The notes: a model not told the origin generated them from the letters alone. Shown: positions 26,069 to 39,944, counted from the first letter of the stretch. The stretch is 64,000 nt of DNA from Octopus vulgaris (GCA_951406725.2 OX597826.1:5456001-5520000); one strand, 5' to 3'. Program-made: numbers and translations.

Positions 26069-27009
26069 TTTTTAAGAGAACCAACGCAGAATCCGGCAAC
26101 AACGAAATGCATCATTGGCGTAAAAACTCAGTTATACAGAAGTTGTGATACCTTCAGACAAGTATGCAAAATGCAATAAGTTTACGGCTCAAAGGCAGCA
26201 GGCAATAGGAATATGACATGAGGCACCATTTCTTCTCGCAAGAGAAATAGAAACTAATCGTTAAACATACTTTTATAACCATTGTTTTTCAGTTGTAAAC
26301 TTGTTGAAGCAAGAGCCAAAAGATGTGGTATGGAAAGCATCGATACTCAAAATTTGTATACTTGTATCCTCTTTTAGAAATATAAATTTCAATCGTTATT
26401 GCTAGTGCCATAACAATCACTGAGGCAACTTTCTGTTCTGAACAAAAGGAAAGAATATTTTTTTATTATCCACAAAAATGTGTTACGTCAGTTATGACAA
26501 GCCAGCATGAAAGTTTATTCAAATCAAATCAACAAATATAATATTTATACATTGACAGCATCCGTGCCTAATTATCACACCTCAATTATATCTTCATGTT
26601 CAACATGGAACAACAACGCTCTATATATGCGAAGTGATTTGTAAACATTCCCGATACTATGATATTTGTTTTTACTCATGTCATTACACTGTCACGTTTG
26701 TGTCTGACACCTTACGTTACAGAGGAACACCGTTAGTTAATTGCATCCCAAGTATACATCTGATCATTGGCAGAAGATCGATTACTCTACGACGCCGGGT
26801 GCCTACCTCAACGGTCCTCTTCTATTAATGATCAATCGTGTAAACTGATTGATACTTCTAAAACGTAATCGATTCAATTTAACAATGGATCACTTGCAAA
26901 ATATCTACACAAACAAAAAACAACCTATAATGAATACATGTACTCTTTGAATTCGTCACGTACATTCTACAATAAACAGTGCCTTGGGCCAATGGGTTTT
27001 TATGTCAGA

Positions 27010-27340
27010 TTCTTTTCATAACAAATTCGTTGAAAATTGCAAACAGAGTTCTCCATCGAGAATTGGCCTGGGCTGGTTTCACTTTGAATGGTTGACGGCC
27101 ATTTTCACAAAAAAGACATCCAAAGCTGTAGGCCTCAGGTAAACAGTCTTCGTAGAACGTATGCATTGTGGCCAGTGGTAGAAACTCTTCGATCACAGAA
27201 AGTGTCTGTAATTTGTCAGTGTAAAGATTGCGATATGGGGTTAAGAAGTCTCTAGACAAGATGGAGTGCGAGTTTTCATAAAGGGGTGCGTCAGGTGTGG
27301 TGAGGTGAATAAGGGTGGGGTCTTCGGATGGTTAGAGCGT
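27010..27340 (-). pseudogene. Possible L1/Tx1-like ORF2 relic (linker and start of RT)
   Basis: Minus-strand frames give ILSRDFLTPYRNLYT, TSPG and LFAIFNEF, reminiscent of FYxxLY...KSPG...LxxxFN. The pyrimidine-rich skew extends to about 27690. Heavily frameshifted. Confidence 0.35.
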
Positions 27341-27737
27341 GTGAATGTCGCACAACTTGTATGAGTAGAGACAGCGAGAATAGAAGACAGGGTGGAGATT
27401 TAAAACCCTTGTATGAGAGATGTAATGCAATAGTAGGCCGTTAACTGGGGCATGAAATGAGTTATTCTTTGGATGAGCGATGCTGACTTGGCGGATGAAC
27501 GGAGGAAGCCGATGAGTTGGATAGAAGAGTTTAAGCGGTTGAGTAGAGTGAGTCTCTCATGAGAAGCAAAGAGAGTACTGGATGAATAAGAAGTGAATAA
27601 AGGAGGTGTCGTAAGAAGCACGGTGGAAAACAAAGCGGAAGTCGTTTGGAAAGTGAGTGTGTTGTAGACATGGGCTAGAAAAGTAACATTTGGTCAGTAT
27701 ATGCTTGTATACATTCATAAGGCGTCCTCGTATTGTT

Positions 27738-27940
27738 TTCAAATTTTGGCACAAGGCCAGCAATTTCGGGCTGTGGTTAAGTCGACTACATCTACCCCAG
27801 AGATTAACTGGTATCTATTTTATCGTCTCCGAAATGATGGAAGGCAAAATAAGCCTCGGCAAAATTTGAACATAGGATAGACAAAATGCCGCTAAGCATT
27901 TACCCGGTGCGCTAACGATTCTTCCATCTTGCAGCCTTAA
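27738..27940 (-). mobile_element. SINE family 1 (tail B) copy
   Basis: ttcaaattttggcacaaggccagcaatttc...gaaggcaaaataagcctcggcaaaatttgaac...gctaagcatttacccggtgcgctaacgattct. Confidence 0.8.
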
Positions 27941-28221
27941 GGCGTCCTTGAAAAGTCGGAAGTAGGAGTGTACAAAAAGAAAAAAAAGAAAAAAAATATG
28001 GAAGAAATCTAGCTTTTGGTGAATCAGCATCTATAAGGATGAGAAAGCGAATTTCTGAGTCAGAAAGACTAGCATCCACAAACATTTATATTTGTAGCAT
28101 TCGAAGCAAATTGTTAACTTTTTCATGCTCACTAGACAGAGTTCGCTATTCAAAAGAGAACAACTAAATGAAATGAACGAAAAAAAACAGTATCTTTCCC
28201 TTATGGATTCACTGTATATAC

Positions 28222-28254
<33 letters not shown>

Positions 28255-28663
28255 ACTGTTTATGCATGAGTGTAAGCCCATATACATGTTTGTGTGTGTT
28301 TGTTTGTTTCTCTGCGTGCGTATGTGTATGTGTGTAAATGTGTGCGTGAATGTGTGTGTGTCTGTGTGCAATAAGACCAACCCAGACAATCGGGATTAAC
28401 ATATATCTGAAGTCGGAGCTTACTTTGTATTAGTTATTTGAATGTATCTAAATTTACTTTTGTTCTAGAACAGGGGCGATTAATATTTTTAAGTTTTCTC
28501 TGTTTATATTCTCTCACACTAATACACGCACATAGAAAATAAAGAATTCTTTATGCTTGTGCGTCCGATTGCAATATGAATGTATATATATATATATATA
28601 TATATACATACTCGTACGTACGCATGAATATATGTATATAAAACCTGGATTTATTTTAGTGTC

Positions 28664-28711
<48 letters not shown>

Positions 28712-29102
28712 TATTGCTTGTAATCATTTATGTCAAGTCAGACATAATGCAATGTCTCACGTAATATATTAATATGGGATATTCGCATGCACATGTGTGT
28801 GAGCGAATGCGTGCAACCATGTATGCGTATTCGATTGCGTGCATGTTTTTCTAACTGTCTGTTATTCAGCGTTTGTACAATCTTGTCTTATTTGTGGTTA
28901 CGAATCTATGAAGATTTCAATAAGATGAATGTCCGAAAAAATCGAAGTCAGATTAAGGGAAAAATAAGTTTTAAAGAAATGTTCTGCAGTGTTATATTAA
29001 TAACAGTTTTTTAAAAATTCTGTCAGTGTTCTCCGACATTGTTCTTTGAAAAACAAATCTGCCGACATTATAGATACATACGGACAAGCATATATATCTA
29101 CA

Positions 29103-29138
<36 letters not shown>

Positions 29139-29416
29139 TCAAACGCACATTCACGCGCGCCCACACAAGCCCACAAACGCACTCACGTACACAGACACAT
29201 ATATGTGGGTGCGGAAAAGTCACTGACTTTTAAGGTGTCGCGAAAGGCCAAGTTGTAATACTAACCTTCTGTGTGCCTTTACAGGGCTTAGCAAAGCAAA
29301 CGAACAGCTGCAATAAGTGAATCTGAGAAGGGAGTATGTCGAAGGGATCATTTTGCCTTTTATTATACCCAAAGGCAGGAAATTTTTAGCACCCAGGCGT
29401 ACATTATTTATATATA

Positions 29417-29648
29417 CAGGGCGTTCAAAAAGTCTATCCGCAGTAGGTATTTCATGGTGTTCAGGCGATTCTTGTACGCTGATCCTTTACTTGCTGCCCA
29501 GAAAAAAATAGTTTGGCGTTGTTAAATCTGGTGATCTTGGTGGCAAAAGACACTTTGAAATAATCCGTTCATCGCAAAACTCTTAAAGAAGCGTCAACTG
29601 ATGCGCAGGATGAAAGATTCACTGCGGAGAGACTTTTAGAACACACTG
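29417..29648 (-). mobile_element. 232-bp internally deleted Tc1/mariner-superfamily element with TA TSD, retaining a transposase fragment
   Basis: TA|cagggcgttcaaaaagtctatccgcagt ... actgcggagagacttttagaacacactg|TA. The minus strand reads EFCDERIISKCLLPPRSPDLTTPNYFFLG, compared with the WPPRSPDLTPxDFFLWG motif. Confidence 0.85.
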
Positions 29649-29872
29649 TATTAGGCAGAAAACCAGCGATATGGAGTGGTAGGTAACAAGATTCAACCAA
29701 AACCAAGTACTTGACTGATACGATATTTTCCCGAACTCAAAATGATGATATCCTATGTAAGATTTGATGTATTTGAAACTAAGATCGTAGAGGGTTGCAA
29801 CAAATGACGTCTGACATTTTTCTAACTTACGAACGATGTTGCCAGAACATGTTTATGAATATTTAACATTAC

Positions 29873-29943
<71 letters not shown>

Positions 29944-29944
29944 C

Positions 29945-29998
<54 letters not shown>

Positions 29999-30016
29999 AT
30001 ATAATGATGATGATGA
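29873..30016. repeat. (GAT)n microsatellite
   Basis: Read directly from the sequence. It explains the poly-H/S ORFs. Confidence 0.97.
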
Positions 30017-30086
30017 TATAGCTCATCCATGAAATTGCTGACCGCGTGCCAAAATTTGAAACCATTACAAAAACAGCGCAAGTCTT

Positions 30087-30530
30087 CGAGCTGGCAAAAC
30101 CATTAGCAAAATACTTATTTTTTTATTGCCCACAAAGACCTAAAGATAGAGGGGACAAACAAGGACAGACAAAGGGATTAAGTCGATTACATCGACCCCA
30201 GTGCGTTACTAGTACTGAATTTATCGACCCCGAAAGGATGAAAGGTAAATTCGACCTCGGCGGAATTTGAACTCAGAATGTAGCAGCAGACGAAATACCG
30301 CTAAGCACTCCCGCCTGGCGTGCTAACGATTCTGCCAGCTCGCCGCTTAGTAAACAAAATACTTAGCGGTATTTAGTCCGTCTTCACGTTGGGATTTAAA
30401 ATGCTGCCGAGGTCAACGTTGTCTCGCATCCTTTCGGGATCAACAAAATAAGTACCAGTTCAGCGCCTAGAAAAGTTAATCGACTTAAGCCCTCACTCGA
30501 AATTGGTGACCTGTGCCAAAATTGAAATCC
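30087..30530. mobile_element. SINE family 1 tail-A copy (minus, 30118-30350) inserted antisense into a plus-strand tail-B copy
   Basis: The host head cgagctggcaaaaccattag is interrupted. The direct repeat caaaatactta lies at 30107-30117 and 30355-30365, and the host resumes with gcggtatttagtccg. Confidence 0.85.
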
Positions 30531-31347
30531 ATAAAGCTCGAGCTGGTTGATTAGTTGGATCACCGGACAAAATCCTCTGCAACATGACTAGAGAAGGTAC
30601 CCTTTACCTATTCATGAACGTACTCACATAATTAGTGGAATTAATTAACGTCTGTGAACTAATATATTGGGAAAATTTGAGTGACATGCAAACATGCCCG
30701 ACAAATTCTTATATCATCTTCCTCGATCTGTGTATTTATTTGGATGACCTCCATAGACTCACGTTCTCGTGGGTGTGCCTGGAAGATTTTCCTGGAAGAT
30801 TTGTGGAATGTTACAGGTAAGGATAAAACCTGTTAGAGAAAAGAAAGCCTGAGAATGCCACGTCATCATAGAATAATATAAGTTTTCTGTCGCAAAAATT
30901 ACAGAAGTTTTATGGACAAAAGTGTAAAACGTCTATAAGAAAATCAGAGATGAAATCCTAACAAAACAGAAAATAAAAAAACCCATTTCCGTTGAACTGG
31001 CATTAGCACTGCCATTTTACATTTGTTTTCCGAGATATTTTTCGGTATTTTTAGATTGCTGACACAAATATAATCATACAAACTTTCAAGATTTCACCGT
31101 ATCTGCAATATGCAAAGAAAACTATCTATATATGTACAAATGCATGCACGTGTATGTTTGTATTTTGAAAATGTATAAGTATATGTAAATACATGCACGC
31201 ACAATCAGACAGATAAATGTATATATATGTATATATATATATATATACATATATACATAGATACATACAAGTATACCTACACACGCATATAATATACATG
31301 TGTGTGTGAGAGAGTGCATGTGATTTTGGTCATTCTGTGTGTATATT

Positions 31348-31418
<71 letters not shown>

Positions 31419-32310
31419 AATACATATGTATTGTGTGTGTGGGTGTGTGTATGTGTGTGTGTGTGTGTGAGTGTGTATCCATATACAGGAAAGCAGAACA
31501 TCAGTGAGGTAGAAAAATATATATGGCGAGAAATATGGAGAAAAAGAGGGGGTGTCGGGTGAGAGGATGGTTATGAGAGTCAAGGAGTGGGATGTGAGAC
31601 GTTGACTAAAATATATCGTCATGTCTGTATAACTGAAGACATAATTGTACTTGCGCGATATGCCAGCCTTTGAACATACATTTGGAATTTGTCCAGAATA
31701 AATGTTATAAGTAAAACTGATACAATTCCAAGAATCTTCCATACGCTTCTAACGTGGTTTGCGATTTTCCAGTTTATGACAAAATATGGAAATATATATA
31801 TATATGTAAATTTGTGAGTTTGTTTACGTATAAATAGGCATTTATATAGATTATATGCACGTGTAGGCGCAAGATTTAGTGGAGTGTATGGCTCATGATC
31901 ATAACTTGTGTCTTCTACGTCGACCAGATGGCGCTATATAGCAATCAGCAGTGCACATAATTTTCCTTTGTTACAATCAACTGTGATAAAAATGTGTACC
32001 AACCGTCTTCTAGTGCAGCTCTCTTTCACATGTTTTCACACCATTTATATGCTTCTGGTCAAATCTGTGTGTCATGAGAGTGTCCATGTATGCTTGCATG
32101 TATATGGGCATTTAAAACTATTTCCGAAAGCAAATATATGTGTTCATTGTGGATCCCAGAATATTAAGTATTAAAAAAAAAAAACATATTTGTATTAAAC
32201 TATCTTTGAAATACGTAATGGTATTTCGATCCCTTAATGTTCTGTTTTCTACTGTATTTTATATGATGGCGTTACTAATTAGATATCTGTCAATGCGTAT
32301 GTGTGTGTGC

Positions 32311-32353
<43 letters not shown>

Positions 32354-33552
32354 TGTATGTGTTCGCTTCATTCTCATTAAACTTAGCTTTCATATTACTT
32401 TCCGATTGATAGCGTATAGGACCGGTCGTCTTGGAGATGTTTGTAATATTTTATTATGGCTCTTAGTCGTCATTAGTTTTTGATGTTATGCTATATTACA
32501 AAAAATACTTCACAAATAAAGAGCATCTCTTCGAAATTAATTTTATGGATCATTTGTTTGAAATTCAAATACAATTGCCGATCATAAACCATAGTTTTTA
32601 TTTATCCTTTTTCATCCCGGACAAGATATCGAAAAAAGGTTCAGTTTGAGTGGTGGTTTCAAATACCGTTGCCCTACTTTTCCCTGTCCAAGGTGAAAAT
32701 GCATATATAAATTCTATAATTAAAGGGCTTTACTTGATCGGGTACTCTAAGTGGCATAACTGACGATGTTTTGGCGACTAGTACCATTAAAACAATTATC
32801 GATGATATAACGGTGTTAACTTCGTTTTTTCGATCATGCAAAATAAATATATAGATTTCAGCCGACATTGCTCTTGTAAATTGGCTAAAATTAATGAGCT
32901 AACAGAGTAGTCATGATATAATGTCTTTGGTAGAGATTTTCATCGGGAATAGAAATGGGAAGTGACCTGGACAATTATAACACCGTTGAAGTTTCACGGC
33001 AATATTTATCTGAAATTTATAGTTTGTTTCAGCAATATGTCATATCACCAATCTATTAGCTTCATCATGTTTCACTGTAAGATCAATAATGCTTGCGCAT
33101 CAGTTTTTAATCGATCATGCGGCTGAACGTCATTAATTCATCTATGAATTCTTTCGTCAGAATCCACGCTGATGCAAAGATTTTACGACCTTTACCCAGT
33201 CCCAGCTTATCTCATTTTGTTGATGCACTGCTTACTACGGCAATGTCCTGTTTCCCTTCAAACCACTTCCTACTTCATTTCAAACCACTGGTCTTGGGTC
33301 TTTTACAAAGGTGTGAACGCGATTTTTTCTCTACTACTTTTAAAGAATAATTAGACGTCAAATATTCCTAACAAAACTGCAAGAAATAAACAATGGTGTC
33401 TCTGTTTCAGCGTAAATCAACTTTATGACGGTACAATACACAATAATTATTTGGTAAATAAGAGGTATTTAGGCGCAATTTCTATTTTGATATGAACAAC
33501 GGTATATATTGATCGTCCAATAAGTTTCGCTTAGCTTACCTATTCTGAAAAA

Positions 33553-33617
<65 letters not shown>

Positions 33618-33679
33618 GCGGTGGTACCCCAGCATAATCGCAGCATTTAAGCTGAAACATTTAAAAATAGTTTAAATAG

Positions 33680-33717
<38 letters not shown>

Positions 33718-33721
<4 letters not shown>

Positions 33722-34295
33722 GTGGGACAAGAACGCAAAACATCCAGGAGAGTTAGGTGATACAAAAAGGTACAACAAAACATCCACACAGACGATACAT
33801 AGAAAACAAGGACGGGTTATTCGGAGTTTTCTATCCCCAGTCAAGTTCCAGATTATCTTTGCAACTTCGGCTGGTTCGCTTACTTCGTTCATTCCAGTCT
33901 TCGTTCTTTCGTTCCCCGTCTCTCACATTTCCTGGCCTTCTCTTCTTGCTCACTTTCCTTCCTTTTTTCACTTCACTGTGGCCCTTTCATTTTTTCTCGT
34001 CCCTCCTTAATTCTTCTATCCAACTTTCTCTACCTCTCACTCTTCTCTGCCCACGTGACCGTTGTTCGGCCAAGCTTGACCTTTCTTTCTTGGTGCGACT
34101 ACCGTCCATGCGACAACTATATTCCTCCCCGTGCCGGTCAAAACCCATGCCCCTGCCGTAAGGCTTTACCTCGACACACACCAGCTTAAATTAATTCGTC
34201 TTTTGTCGAAGACACCTGTTGTTATGCCCTGTTATTTGCATTTGTATTTGTGTATATGCCTATATATCAAATTATTGTTCGTCCCTTTTTGGTAT
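33718..34295. mobile_element. Unclassified interspersed element adjacent to (TA)n
   Basis: Abrupt GC-richer block with an A-rich start and a pyrimidine-rich body, directly after (TA)n. No recognisable protein motif. Confidence 0.35.
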
Positions 34296-35971
34296 TGCTG
34301 TAAAGCAAGTATTTTAGCAAAGGGAAACAAGACGGTGATACGTTACTAGTTTGTTGTACTCATGAATGAATTCAAAGGAAAATATGCAATTGTTGGAAGT
34401 GGTGTTTTAAAAAGTGTTCTCATCACATTTCAGTGGAATCGTTTACAGTGTGCACTGAAGACTACAGACATATATATTCAAGTTTACTAATATTCCTCAC
34501 CGACAGTCAGTAAGTAACACTGCAGGACTAAATGTCGTATTCTTTAGATGTTTCTTACTTCGCGCATAAATCTTTATAGATAATAATATCTATGCCTGTC
34601 ATATACTGAAGATTAAGGGGATTTAATGGAAAAAAAATAGCTGGCTGCTCTTCAAATCTAATGTGCTATTGAACTAAAGCAAAAATCAATATTATTGAAT
34701 ATGATTGTCAAGAAGGTTTCTTATCTAATTAAGGAACATGCAGTCAGTCTTCTGTTCTTCGTCAATTCAACTATTCAATTCAACTATCATCTCTGATGAC
34801 TAAATCGAAAAGAAGAGCTTTGTGTATTGTACAAAGATTCAACACAAATTCTTCAGAATAGAAGGAATTCACACACACACACACTCATTGCGACAATTCG
34901 TATTCGAAATGCCAATTAGTATGATCAAATGCAATTTCTATAGAATCAAATATAAATATTTCATCTTTGAAATCCATTGCTGCATTCTTAGTCCGACAAG
35001 AATGCAGCTGTCAAGTCAACTTGTTCTTTAAACAATAGATTATCACACGATTTATGGACGTCTATTGTCACTAATAAATTATTCGATATCTGTTGTTGTC
35101 TCTTATTAAATCGTCCTAAAATCGCATCTTTGTCTTGTTTACACCGTTTCTTTTATATATTTTATATATATGCTTTTATATGTTTACTTTATTTTATTTT
35201 CATTTTTCTTTTTCGATATTTCTGTCTAGGAGTTGTTCAAGTTTTCAAGTTAACGTTATTGATTTTTCTCTTCATTTTCGTCAGTCACTTTTCTCATTTG
35301 AACATAAATTAAGAGGAATTGTTTTAATTGTTGTTTTTGTTTTCAATTTATTTTATGAATATAATAAAAAAAAAGAAAGAAGATTTGTTTAGCTTAAAAG
35401 TGATTCGTTGATTCTGTGAAAACAAAACATTTGAAATTTACATTTATCTGAATAATAATTAATATAATAATTCATTTTTTTTCTTTCCGACGTTCATAAA
35501 AAATTTCAAACGTATTTGATGAGTCGGGAAAATGAAATTTTGATTTGGTGACATTAATGCCTTTCCAAAGGGAATTAGAGTCGAAAGATTAAGGGTTATA
35601 CTTTCAAAAAAAAAAAAAAAAAAGGAATCAGAAGGATTTTAAACTGGATACGCTCTAATAAATTACAATGTCTAAATTACAAAGTCAATTCTATAGGGAT
35701 ATTTGTTCTTATTAATTTTATTCCAATAAAGCTATTGGTTACTGGTAAAGTAGCGAATTCATTATGGCGATTAAGAAAAACCTAATTAAGCATGTTGATA
35801 ATTTGTACTGTATAAGCAATATTTATGTTTATCTCTTTAGATGTTTTAATTCCTAAGTGCCTACAATTTGTGAGCTTCGAAGAATATATTTTGTGAATGT
35901 TTCCATGTGTTTAGATACGTAAATTTATAATGTAAATTACTCTAAATGTTGGAGAACGTTAATATGACAAT

Positions 35972-36016
<45 letters not shown>

Positions 36017-36128
36017 AGAGAGAGAGACAGAGATAGATAGATATATAGATAGATAGATAGATACATACATACATACATATATATATATATATGTGTTTGT
36101 GTGTGTCTATAAATATAAATATATATAT

Positions 36129-36201
<73 letters not shown>

Positions 36202-36738
36202 CGCAAATAAAGATTTAAGTTTAATGTTTCTCAAGATATATATTTTATGTTCTATAAAATTATATTTAATATGTGTACGTATATTTGAAGTTAATTTCGG
36301 ATTTCATTACATGAATGTATGTTTTCGAGCCTGAATTCATGTGTGTGTTTATATGTATTTGTACTGAGTTATTTCTTTATGCGCACTTAAAAAAAACACA
36401 ACAACACGACAACCACACTCACGACACACATACCTCAAATATATTGGCATATATTTAGTAGACTCATATGGAATATGAACTATGTATAGAGAAAAAGCGT
36501 AAACGTTCATTTCAAACTGTATTTCATTGATCATATTTAATTTCAAGCAATTTTTAATTTAAATCCGGTAAAATCGATAATTTAGTAATCAGAAATCGAC
36601 ACACAAATATTGATACACGCACTCACATATTCTTTCGTACAGGTTTTCATAGAATCCACTTGAAACTGCACACTTCTCTAACGAATTTTGCGGGATATCT
36701 GTACTCACACATAGCTATATGAGTTTATGCACAATACC

Positions 36739-36967
36739 CTATTTCTTTACTACCCACAAGTGGCTACACACAGAAGGGACAAACAATAACAGACAAACGG
36801 TTTAAGTCGATTATATCGACCCCAGTGTGTAACTGCTACTTAATTTATCGACCCCGAAATGATGAAAGGCAAAGTTGACCTCGGTGGAATTTGAACTCAG
36901 AACGTAACGACAGACGAAATACTACTAAGTATTTCGCCCGGCGTGCTAACGTTTCTGCCAGATCACC
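36739..36967 (-). mobile_element. SINE family 1 (tail A), full length
   Basis: Aligns by eye end to end with 25106-25336. Confidence 0.9.
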
Positions 36968-37582
36968 TGTCTGCGCATCAACATACTATATGCATGATCA
37001 CTTAAAGGCAGGCATATAGTCTAATACGTGCGTCTACACACCTGCCCCTTGTCCCCTTCTCACTCCCCATTGAAACAGCGTTGACATTTTTTCTAACTCG
37101 CCATCTTTGTAATTCCGTATGTCCCACATGTTTCTATATGTATTTTAATTATGTAAATTTATAATTATTTCACTCTGTATGCAATCACTATTCCTCTCTT
37201 CCTCATTACCTCGATACCTGTTTCTGTATTCCTCCTTATTTTTCTTCTTTCTGATGAGAAACCGTCTAAGAAATTTAGTGAATTTCAATTTGCTTTTCAA
37301 CCGTTAATCTAAAACTGTATTTGTGAAACACTTTTCTTCTCGTATTGTTCTTTCAATATCTATTGACCTTACACTGTATTTCTAAGTTCCTATGTGTGTA
37401 TGTAAGTAGGTATGTATGTAAGTATTTATGTAAATATGTATGTGTGTGTGTATGTCTCTCTCTCCCTCCCTCTCTCTCTAAATATGCACGTACATTATGT
37501 GCATATATACATAGAAACATAAACATATATATATATATGTATATATACATACATATATATATATACATATATATACATATGA

Positions 37583-37628
<46 letters not shown>

Positions 37629-38262
37629 GAACAGGCACAAATTCCAAATTCTAAGAAGCAATGTTAAATCCAAATATGCTATGATTAAGGTAGTGTGTTC
37701 GTGATAGTCTTAGATAATGTTATTTTATTGATTCAATATGTGGTAGAATGTAACACTCTAAGCCAGTTAATCTGACAATCTCCGGTTTATTACAAATCCA
37801 ATAAGATGCAAGTTATTGGTATAATTATTTCCTAGTTAAGTATGAGGTAATGGGTTTCCTAATGATAATAGTTATATAACTTATATGGAATACTTCCAAA
37901 TGTAGTCATTAACCGTATCACAGTTTACGGGTGTTCGAGAGTTAAAGTCACTTCATATCTTTCCCCATATCGACCTTACAAAGAAGCGTTTGCATGCGGC
38001 TTCAACCTGTTACAAATAACATACACTTCACCCGCAAATCAAGCCCTAACCCAATGATTGTTGTAGTATAACCTGGAACAATTAACTAAAAATATTAGTA
38101 AGAGATACGATGAACGCGACTGCAAAGTCTATGTTTTATTATTATTAAGGTTCTAAAATAGTTTAGCAACATATTAACGTTAAAAGCAAACGTATCACAT
38201 AAACAAAACTGATTAAGTAATATATTTCATGTTGCCTTTATAATCGAAAATATAGTAGCAAC

Positions 38263-38478
38263 CTCATTTTTGGATTTGGTTTGCAAGATTCTTTATATGA
38301 GTTCGTGTGTTGAAGCAGATTCTGTTGTGTCTGGGGAGAGTCATTCCTTTTGTGCCTTAACACACTCACTGGTAAAATTTAGGAAAATAAAAATAAGAAA
38401 TAAGTGGAAATTCTACTGTTGAGTGTGTTACATTATAAGGCACAAAAAGAAAATGACTCTCCCCAGATACAACAGAAA
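38263..38478. mobile_element. Foldback insertion with a 9-bp target-site duplication
   Basis: Arm ttctgttgtgtctggggagagtcatt..gtgcctta..aacacactca pairs with tgagtgtgtt..taaggcac..aatgactctccccagatacaacagaa. The insert is flanked by agtagcaac at 38254-38262 and 38479-38487. Confidence 0.75.
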
Positions 38479-38929
38479 AGTAGCAACAATTATTCCAAAA
38501 TATACCGTGTCTCTTTTTCATATTTTCTTAGCTCCTTTATTTGTTTCATAAATATATTTATCATAACTTCGTGAACAATGGATATTTCCCAATATATCTC
38601 CAGTCCTCTATGTTGCCATTATTTGGGAAGTTATCCGTGTTAAATATTGTGTGCTTCCTTTACTTTTGGGCAAATGCACAAAAAAAAATATTTCCAGTAC
38701 TTATTTTATACATCTTCACTTTAAAAAATGCCATTGGTGTATATTTGATTATATAGATATTATTTTCTTATCATTTTATACAATCAGGGTGAACATATAA
38801 CTCCATATTCGTACATTCATTCAATCATTTTAATTAGCAATTTTCGGATAAGAATATTCATAATGTTAACATATCCCTTAACTATTCTTTATAAGAAGAG
38901 TGTAGAATATGGTAAATGTAACTGTCTAT

Positions 38930-39230
38930 CAGACCGACGGACGGTACAGACTGCCGGATTCAGAGACGGCTGCATAATTAATCTCAACATTCGAAATAGC
39001 AGGTGTATTGCTCGATTGTTGAGAAGTCAAATGCCGGAAATTGACAGTCTCTCGTACGAATTTTATGGCTATTTCTCATAAATAACATGGTTACAGTCTA
39101 CTACAACATATAATAGACTAGAAATCATCAAATTGTGTGGTTCGAAGAGTAGCGATGCCACCAGTGAAAAACCATATTAGTCTAACGTATGCGGGTACGT
39201 CGACCATCGCTAACAGGCAGCCGTTCTAAG
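38930..39230 (+). pseudogene. L1/Tx1-like reverse transcriptase relic
   Basis: RSQMPEIDSLSYEFYGYF resembles KSPGxDGLPxEFYxxF. It is followed in order by VRRVAMPPVK (compare RGxITLLPK) and RRPSL (compare WRPISL). Confidence 0.5.
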
Positions 39231-39411
39231 CGCAGGTGGTTTTGAAACCATCTGTAGAGGTTGCATTGTAATAATCTTCTGAGGCAGGTGTACGGGTACT
39301 GCTGCGAATTCTTTTAATGATGAATCCTCTTTCGTCTTACTGTAATTTGGTGCTGGAGTATTTGCTGGGAATCTTATGAATAAAGTTATGCCTCTCAATC
39401 TCTCCCCCCCT

Positions 39412-39442
<31 letters not shown>

Positions 39443-39443
<1 letters not shown>

Positions 39444-39700
39444 TCCCTGCCTGAGGTTACCGTGGTCTTTTCCATAGGTATTTCTTTCCACAGATAAACC
39501 TAATCTTGTTTCTTACGTTTTAAAAATTTCTTTCTGTGATACACGATCCCTTTTGATCGCTTTTTTTCCCGATCCCTTTTGATTGGAATTTTACATTTGT
39601 TCTCCCTTTTTTTCCCTTTTACTTTTCCATTTTCGAAAAGGAAAGCTCTACATTTATATTTGTCCCCTCTGTGTTCAGCCCAGTGTGGCCAATAAAGAAA
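39443..39700 (+). mobile_element. Probable LINE 3' end sharing its terminus with SINE family 1 tail A, embedded in (TATC)n
   Basis: T-rich 3'UTR-like block ending ttgtcccctctgtgttcagcccagtgtggccAATAAAgaaa, compared with the SINE tail ttgtcccctctgtgtttagccccttgtgggtagtaaagaaa. Confidence 0.6.
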
Positions 39701-39702
39701 GA

Positions 39703-39780
<78 letters not shown>

Positions 39781-39877
39781 GCTATTTGTGTCTGTCTATG
39801 TCTGTCTGTATATCTATTTATTTATCTATCTAGCTACCTGTCTGTCTGTCTAACTGTTTGTCTATATGTCTGTCTGC

Positions 39878-39944
<67 letters not shown>

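Noticed and set aside
34790-34820. CTGATGActaaatcGAAA
   Set aside because: It has no stem II pairing and no NUH or stem III, so it is a chance core match.
37245-37285. CTGATGA...GAAA in a pyrimidine-rich context
   Set aside because: The stems cannot be formed. At best it is a heavily decayed relative of the 17341 motif.
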